Origin: Octopus sinensis
Taxonomy: Eukaryota
DNA length: 13,028 nt
Assembly (NCBI RefSeq): GCF_006345805.1
Contig: NW_021826443.1
Span: 1 to 13,028 of the forward strand
Direction of reading: 5' to 3'
The number at the start of each line of letters is the position of its first letter. The first letter of the stretch is position 1. Made by a program: the position numbers and the translations under genes. Under the pieces are notes generated by a model. That model did not search any database, had not been told where the DNA came from, and saw only the letters and a program-made list of their open reading frames with translations. Shown here piece after piece: positions 7,335 to 13,028 of this stretch.

Positions 7335-8250
7335 AACTGATGGGTCGATGGATAGATAGATAAACTGATAGATGGATCAATGGATAAATAGATAAACTGA
7401 TCGATGGATCGATGGACAGATAGATAAACTGATCGATGGATCGATGGATAGATAGATAAACTGATAGATTGATCGATGGATAGATAGATAGATAGATAAA
7501 CTGATGGGTCGATGGATAGATAGATAAACTGATAGATGGATCAGTGGATAAATAGATAAACTGATCGATGGATCGATGGATAGATAGATAAATAAACTGA
7601 TCGAGGGGTCGATGGATAGATAGAGAAACTGATCGATGGATCGATGGAAGGATGGATAGATTGATGAACAGATTGGCGGACTGATGGGTGGATAGATATG
7701 CATTGCATAAAAGATATATTGGTGATGGATGGATAAACGGTCTGATTGATGATTGAGTGATACATTGGTAAATTGACAGATGGATGAGGTGAAGGTAGGA
7801 TGCATTGATAGATGGATAGTTTGATTGACGGTTGGGTAGATGAATGGATGGAGTGATGGATGGATTGACTGATGATTGCCAGATAGATAGATGGCTGCAT
7901 GGATGCTTTGATAGAGTGATTGGCGGTGGATAGATGGATGCATTTACAGGTAGATGGATCGGTTGACGGAGTGATGGATGGACTGGATAGGTGGATTCTT
8001 GGATTGATGGATGGACTGATTGCCATAAGAACGGATTGATACATGATTGATAGCTGGATTGGTTGATTGATGGAGGGATGAGTTGATTGATAGACAGATC
8101 GGTGGATTAATGGATTGATGGAAGATTAGATTCATTGCCTGATACATGGACGCATTGATGGATCGATGGCTGATTAATGGACGGATGGATTGTGAGATGA
8201 TTAATTGATGAATGGATACATTGACGGATGGATTGATTAATGGATAGATC
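6962..8250. repeat. (GATA)n/(GATG)n/(GATC)n tetranucleotide field with ~32-bp higher-order unit
   Basis: AAACTGA anchor occurs 14 times at 7187-7626, with modal spacing 32 bp; the field degenerates to (GATG/GATT)n to the right. Confidence 0.95.
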
Positions 8251-8622
8251 GTGGCATTTCGTCGGTTACGACGATGAGGGTTCCAGTTGATCCGATCAAC
8301 GGAACAGCTTGCTCGTGAAATTAACGTGTAAGTGGCTGAGCACTCCACAGACACATGCACCCTTAACGTAGTTCTTGGCGAGATTCAGCGTGACACAGAG
8401 TGTGACAAGGCTGGCCCTTTGAAATACAGGTACAACAGAAACAGGAAGAAAGAGTGAGAGAAAGTTGTAGTGAAAGAGTACAGCAGGGTTCACCACCCCT
8501 TCCCCCTGCCGGAAACTCGTGGAGCTTTAAGTGTTTTCGCTCAACGCCCGGTTTGGGAATTGAAACCGCGATCGTATGACCGCGAGTCCATTGCCCTAAC
8601 CACTGGGCCATTGCGCCTCCAC
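8251..8622 (-). mobile_element. Full-length tRNA-derived SINE family D (octopod-type)
   Basis: Minus-strand head GTGGAGGCGCAATGGCCCAGTGGTTAGGGC...GGTTTCAATTCCC (A and B boxes). It shares the GTGGAGGCGCA start with family B but has a different body. GATG repeat resumes after 8622. Confidence 0.88.
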
Positions 8623-8640
8623 GATGGATGAATAGACGAA

Positions 8641-8787
8641 TCTTTTATCTTTTATCGTTTACTTGTTTCAGTCATCGGCCATGCTGGGGCACCACTATGA
8701 AGGATTTTTAGTCTAACGAATCAACCCCAATACTACTTATATATTTTTAAAGCCTGGTACTTATTCTATCAATGTATTTTGCCGAAC
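8641..8787 (-). mobile_element. 3' fragment of a SINE related to family C
   Basis: TTTACTTGTTTCAGTCAT..GCCATGCTGGGGCACCAC...AAGCCTGGTACTTATTCTATC...TTTGCCGAAC aligns to 2481-2604. Confidence 0.8.
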
Positions 8788-8798
8788 TACTACTACTA

Positions 8799-8877
<79 letters not shown>

Positions 8878-9056
8878 TTGCTGCTACTACTACTACTACT
8901 ACTACTACTGCTGCTGCTGTTGTTGCTATTACTACTACTACTACTACTACTACTGCTGTTGTTACTACTACTACTACTACCACTACTACTACCACTACTA
9001 CTACCACTACTACTACCACCACCACCACTACTACTATTACTACTACTACTCTACTA

Positions 9057-9092
<36 letters not shown>

Positions 9093-9146
9093 TTGCTACT
9101 ACTACTACTACTACTACTACTGCTGCTGCTGCTGTTGCTACTACTA

Positions 9147-9179
<33 letters not shown>

Positions 9180-9340
9180 TTGCTATTACTACTACTACTA
9201 CTACTACTACTGCTGTTGTTACTACTACTACTACTACCACCACCACCACCACCACCACTACTACTACTACTACCACCACCACCACCACCACCTTCTTCGT
9301 CGTCATCATCATCATCATCATCATCAACATCATCACCACT
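8787..9340. repeat. Compound (CTA)n(CTG)n(CCA)n(TCA)n trinucleotide field
   Basis: Directly visible; internal motifs duplicated at a 257-bp offset. Confidence 0.97.
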
Positions 9341-10102
9341 GATGTTATTTCTGCTGCTGTTGTCTTTCCATTATTGGGTCCACACAAACCAATTGCTTCA
9401 CCTTATTATCATTTCCCCGTTGTTGTCGTTGTTGTTGTTGTTCTTGTGGTGGTGGTTACAAAAATCGTTACCTTTACTCTTGTTGTTTTTGCTAAAATTA
9501 TCGTTATTACTGTTCTTGCTGTGTTTGCCGTTGTCGTTGTTTTTGTCTTTGGACGTCATTGCAGTCGTCGTCGTTGTTCTTCTTCTTGTTGATGTTCTTC
9601 AGTTCGTCAAATTTTTCTCATTTGCTTCTCGGTGTCGTAATACGATTACTTTGGTGTCAGTGGATGATGACCGAAGAATTGGAAGGAGGGGAGAAGGAGG
9701 AGGAGGAGGAGAAGAAGAAGAAGAGGAAGAAGAAGGAGAAGAGGAAGAATAGGGAGAAGAGGAGGAAAAATAAGAGGTGAATGGAGCTATATAGACAGAA
9801 GAGGAAGAAAGTAAAAGAAGAAAGGTGAATGAGAAGAGGAAGTTGAAGAAGAAAAGGAAGTCACTACGGCAACCACCACCACCACCACCACCACATCACC
9901 ATCGCCACCGCCACCATCACCATCACTACCACCACAACAACTATCACCAACTCTACCATCAGCACCATAATCACCGTCACTGCAACCACCACCACCTTCA
10001 CCGCTGCTACCACCAACATCGCAACCACTACCACCACCGCAACCACCACCACCACCACCATCACCACCACAATCACCCCTACCACTACCACCACCGTCGC
10101 CA
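9341..10102. repeat. Decayed trinucleotide fields: (TTG/TCG), then (GAG/GAA)n at 9683-9858, then (CCA/CAC)n at 9870-10102
   Basis: Directly visible triplet periodicity. Confidence 0.85.
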
Positions 10103-10747
10103 ATAACGGCCTGCTGCTCCATGCTTAACGACTGAGGATCAGAGTACGAAAGGCAAACTATTAACAGACTCCCTTCACAGCCCGTCCCCAACCATCACCC
10201 CACCCCACCGCCAATCCACCCACCCATCCACCACTCTACGTACGACTCTATTCCCTTCCACCCCCTCCCTAGATCTACACCTTTCGGTCTACCCCCAATT
10301 CCCATTCTACCTCTTCCCAGGGCCTACTCCACCCCACCCTCACACCCGCCCCATTCCCGTTTTGCCCTCCCACGCCCACCGGTTATCTTCCCAACCCACT
10401 TACAGGGATTTCATTTTAGACTTGTTCTCGTCTCGGTAGGATTAGCAGATAGATAACTGTTGTCGCTCTGATATTGTCCAGCAACGGTAGTGTGTGCCTA
10501 GGGGTTAGGGGTAACTAGTGGTGGTGGGTAGGATGTTGTGGTTGGGAGTAGGAGTAGTTAGTGAGTGGGTCTGGGAAGAGGTAAGATGAGTGGGGAGGCG
10601 TGTAGAAGGGAAATAACAGAAAGAGTAAAAATTTTAGAAATAAGGAAGGCTTCTCTTGTCATACAAACTTGTAAGTTCCAAGCATTGAAAAATTTCACGG
10701 AATAAAACAAAAACAAAAAAAGAATCACTAAAAAAAATAAACAAAGC

Positions 10748-10809
10748 TACACCGAGGTGTTACATCGAAGTGTTACATCGAGGTGTTACATCAAGGTGTT
10801 ACACCGAGG
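10748..10809. repeat. 13-bp tandem repeat TACA(T/C)CGAGGTGT, about 4.7 copies
   Basis: Units start at 10748, 10761, 10774, 10787 and 10800. Confidence 0.93.
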
Positions 10810-10819
10810 AGTGGTAATG

Positions 10820-11520
10820 GGACGTTACAACGTAATCTGAAAACGGGACAACATTGCGGTGTTGCGATGTGATGCGACGACGTAGTGTAACACCTAGGCG
10901 AAGAGTGACAACAGGCTGTTACAACGTGGTATGAAAAAGGATTGTCACAATGGTTTGTGACATTGTGTTACCAAAACGGTTTGATAACGGGCTGTTATAA
11001 TGTGGTGAGATAATGGGCTGTGACAAACGTGCTGTGATAACTGTTTGTGACAACCGAATGACGAGATGTGACTCAGAGGAGTCACAATGTGCTGTTACAA
11101 TGTAGTGTGATTCTGAGCTAGGATGAAAGTGCGGCGTCACAACGTTTTGTGATAGCAGAATGATAACGAAATGTGACACGATGAACGACAAAAATATGGC
11201 AACGTATATGACAAGACAACGTTACAATCGCTTATGTGAACATGGTGTGTCGGTACAGTTTGATAACGGTGTGTGACAACGGTATGGGACGACGTGTTGT
11301 GAGAACGCAGTGTTACAACGGCGCATGAAAGCAGCATGTGATAACGAAGTGTGACAACATGATATAGTAGTTTGTGACAACGGAGTGTGACAACTGTTTG
11401 TGACAAAACGCGTAAGAAATAAATATAACAGAGCGTTACAGCTGGGTGTAACAACGTGGTGTGCCAATGCGGTGCAGTGACGGCGCGTGACAGCAAATTG
11501 TAACACCGATGGGTAACAAA
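10820..11520. repeat. Cryptic, highly diverged 13-bp minisatellite (consensus near GTGTGACAACGGT)
   Basis: TGACAAC-like cores at 11261, 11274, 11287, 11300, 11313, 11326, 11339 and 11352 are in exact 13-bp register; many more fall in locally shifted registers. Confidence 0.82.
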
Positions 11521-11529
11521 ACTGAGCTT

Positions 11530-11617
11530 GGCAGGATTTGGACTCAGAGCGTAAAGATTCGGAAGAAATGTTGCCACGCATTTTTTCCGGTGCGCAGACA
11601 ATTTCGGCCGGTGGCTA
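11530..11617 (-). mobile_element. Degenerate SINE family A head fragment
   Basis: GGCAGGATTTGGACTCAGAGCGTAAAG...GAAATGTTGCCACGCATTTTTTCCGGTGCGCA aligns to 146-231. Confidence 0.7.
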
Positions 11618-11787
11618 TGTGAAACTTTATTAAAATGATCCTTTCTTCTAGAAGCATAAAAAACATGAAGATTATGGCAAGGGGGCTAGTGAACATCGGC
11701 AGAATTTGAACCCAGAACGTACGATGACCAATCGAGGAACCCCAGCATACACGATCAACCTGAACACCAAGGGCAAGTAACCGTTCC

Positions 11788-11856
<69 letters not shown>
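11788..11856. repeat. (AAT)23, probable SINE tail
   Basis: Pure (AAT)n abutting the 3' end of the minus-strand SINE starting at 11857. Confidence 0.95.
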
Positions 11857-12324
11857 CCTTTCTAATATAGGCACAACGCCTGAAATTTTGGGACAGGGAA
11901 TGAATAGATTACATTAACCCCGTTGTGTAACTGGTACTTATTGGGTTATTATTGTGGCTTTTTTTCAACAAATATAAATTCAACAAAAACAATAACGACA
12001 TGTAACCAAAACATCTTTAAATGATTATTTCGGAGCATATTCACCATCTACTTCAATTACTGCTTTCGTTTGTTTGGCAGACGGTCAGACTGTCATTTAA
12101 AGATGTTTTTTTTTGTTAAATGTTATTATCGATTTTGTTAAATAAAATTTGTTGGAAAAAAAAACCGCAATAATTATGCACCAATCCAATAATTTATCGA
12201 CTCCGAAAGGATGAAAGGCAAAGTCGACCCCGGCGGCATTTGAACTCAGAATGTGAATGAAGACGGACCAGATGTCCCTAAGTATTTCTCACAGCGTGCT
12301 AACGATTCTGCCTGCTCGCCGTCC
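11857..12324 (-). mobile_element. SINE family A split by a MITE (parts 11857-11940 and 12190-12324)
   Basis: Removing 11941-12191 restores AACTGGTACTTA|ATTTATCGACTCCGAAAGGATGAAAGGCAAAGTCGAC, matching the family consensus. Confidence 0.88.
11941..12189. mobile_element. 249-bp mariner-derived foldback MITE with TA TSD
   Basis: TA at 11939-40 and 12190-91. The right TIR (reverse complement) is TTGGATTGGTGCATAATTATTGCGGTTTTT, MADE1/Hsmar-like; the left TIR has an ~8-bp deletion. Imperfect inverted arms of ~85-100 bp end in AAACATCTTTAAATGA. The core encodes DRLPNK/KAVIEVDGEYAPK* on the minus strand. Confidence 0.85.
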
Positions 12325-12373
12325 TACTACTACTATAGTACTACTACTACTACAACTACTACTACTACTACTA

Positions 12374-12417
<44 letters not shown>

Positions 12418-12567
12418 TAATTAATAATAATAATAATAATATAATAATAATATAATCATAATAATGATGATGATGATGAATGATGATGTATAATAATAAT
12501 AATAATAATCATAATAATATAATAATAATAATAATAACAATAATAAAAGCAATAATAATAATAACAT
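12324..12567. repeat. (CTA)n followed by (AAT)n/(GAT)n
   Basis: Directly visible. Confidence 0.95.
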
Positions 12568-12599
12568 AAAGGTGAGACATGGAGTGGCTTTGGTGATGA

Positions 12600-12700
12600 G
12601 TTAATCAGCCTTCAGTACTCATTAAAAGATACTTATTTTATTGACTTGGCTGCAAAATAAAAGGTGAAACCGACCTTGGCAGGGTTTGAGCTCGGATCAT
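12600..12700 (-). mobile_element. Old SINE family A-like fragment
   Basis: GATACTTATTTTATTGAC...AAAAGGTGAAACCGACCTTGGCAGGGTTTGAGCTC weakly aligns to the family A body. Confidence 0.5.
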
Positions 12701-12825
12701 AGAGAACACTGTAACTGTATACTACCAAGGTCAGGATCATTTAGAAGACACAACCGACATAAACGGGTCATTAAACGAAACATCTTCTTTCGTTACCCTT
12801 TATTCATCATGCCGTTCTCTACAAC

Positions 12826-12932
12826 CCGCATATATGTGTGTGTGCATGTGTGAGTGTGTACATATGTGTATATATGTATATATGTCATATATATGTATAT
12901 ATATATATATATTATATGCATATATGTATATT

Positions 12933-12967
<35 letters not shown>

Positions 12968-12993
12968 ATATATATATACAAATATACATAGTA

Positions 12994-13028
<35 letters not shown>
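12826..13028. repeat. (TG)n(TA)n microsatellite running to the window edge
   Basis: Directly visible. Confidence 0.97.

Noticed and set aside
5143-8044. CV/HT-, YI- and SIYL-rich ORFs
   Set aside because: Translations of di- and tetranucleotide repeats.
8772-9752. 326-aa ORF and overlapping homopolymeric ORFs
   Set aside because: Pure trinucleotide microsatellite with poly-T/L/Y/V runs in several frames and an internal one-base slip.
10505-10510. Telomere-like TTAGGG
   Set aside because: Single copy inside a G-rich tract.
11690-11730. GGCAGAATTTGAACCCAGAACGTA, a second SINE B-box-like remnant
   Set aside because: Too short to define boundaries; likely another eroded family A fragment, so not listed as a feature.
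12790-12822. Possible minus-strand micro-exon (TTGTAG ... AAAGG|GTAACG)
   Set aside because: No polypyrimidine tract, only ~22 nt, and no homology evidence.

Overview
Gene-free, repeat-saturated eukaryotic DNA. The SINE families look like those of octopod cephalopods (Octopus); this is recognition from memory, not a database result. I can support no intact protein-coding gene, RNA gene or CRISPR array, and most ORFs in the supplied track are microsatellite artefacts. The window holds about a dozen tRNA-derived SINE copies or fragments, including a tandem trimer bounded by a single 16-bp target-site duplication (TSD). It also holds an internally deleted mariner, a mariner-derived foldback MITE nested in a SINE, a 76-bp Tc1/mariner-like mini-MITE hidden in a microsatellite, and an antisense remnant of a CRE-like restriction-endonuclease (REL) retrotransposon. 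Tandem repeats include an 81-bp dimeric minisatellite within a larger decayed field, a cryptic 13-bp minisatellite, and large di-, tri- and tetranucleotide fields with higher-order structure. I found no convincing new biological system. The best leads are the SINE trimer, the CRE-like remnant, three insertions at the same phase of the minisatellite, and the one-ended foldback MITE.
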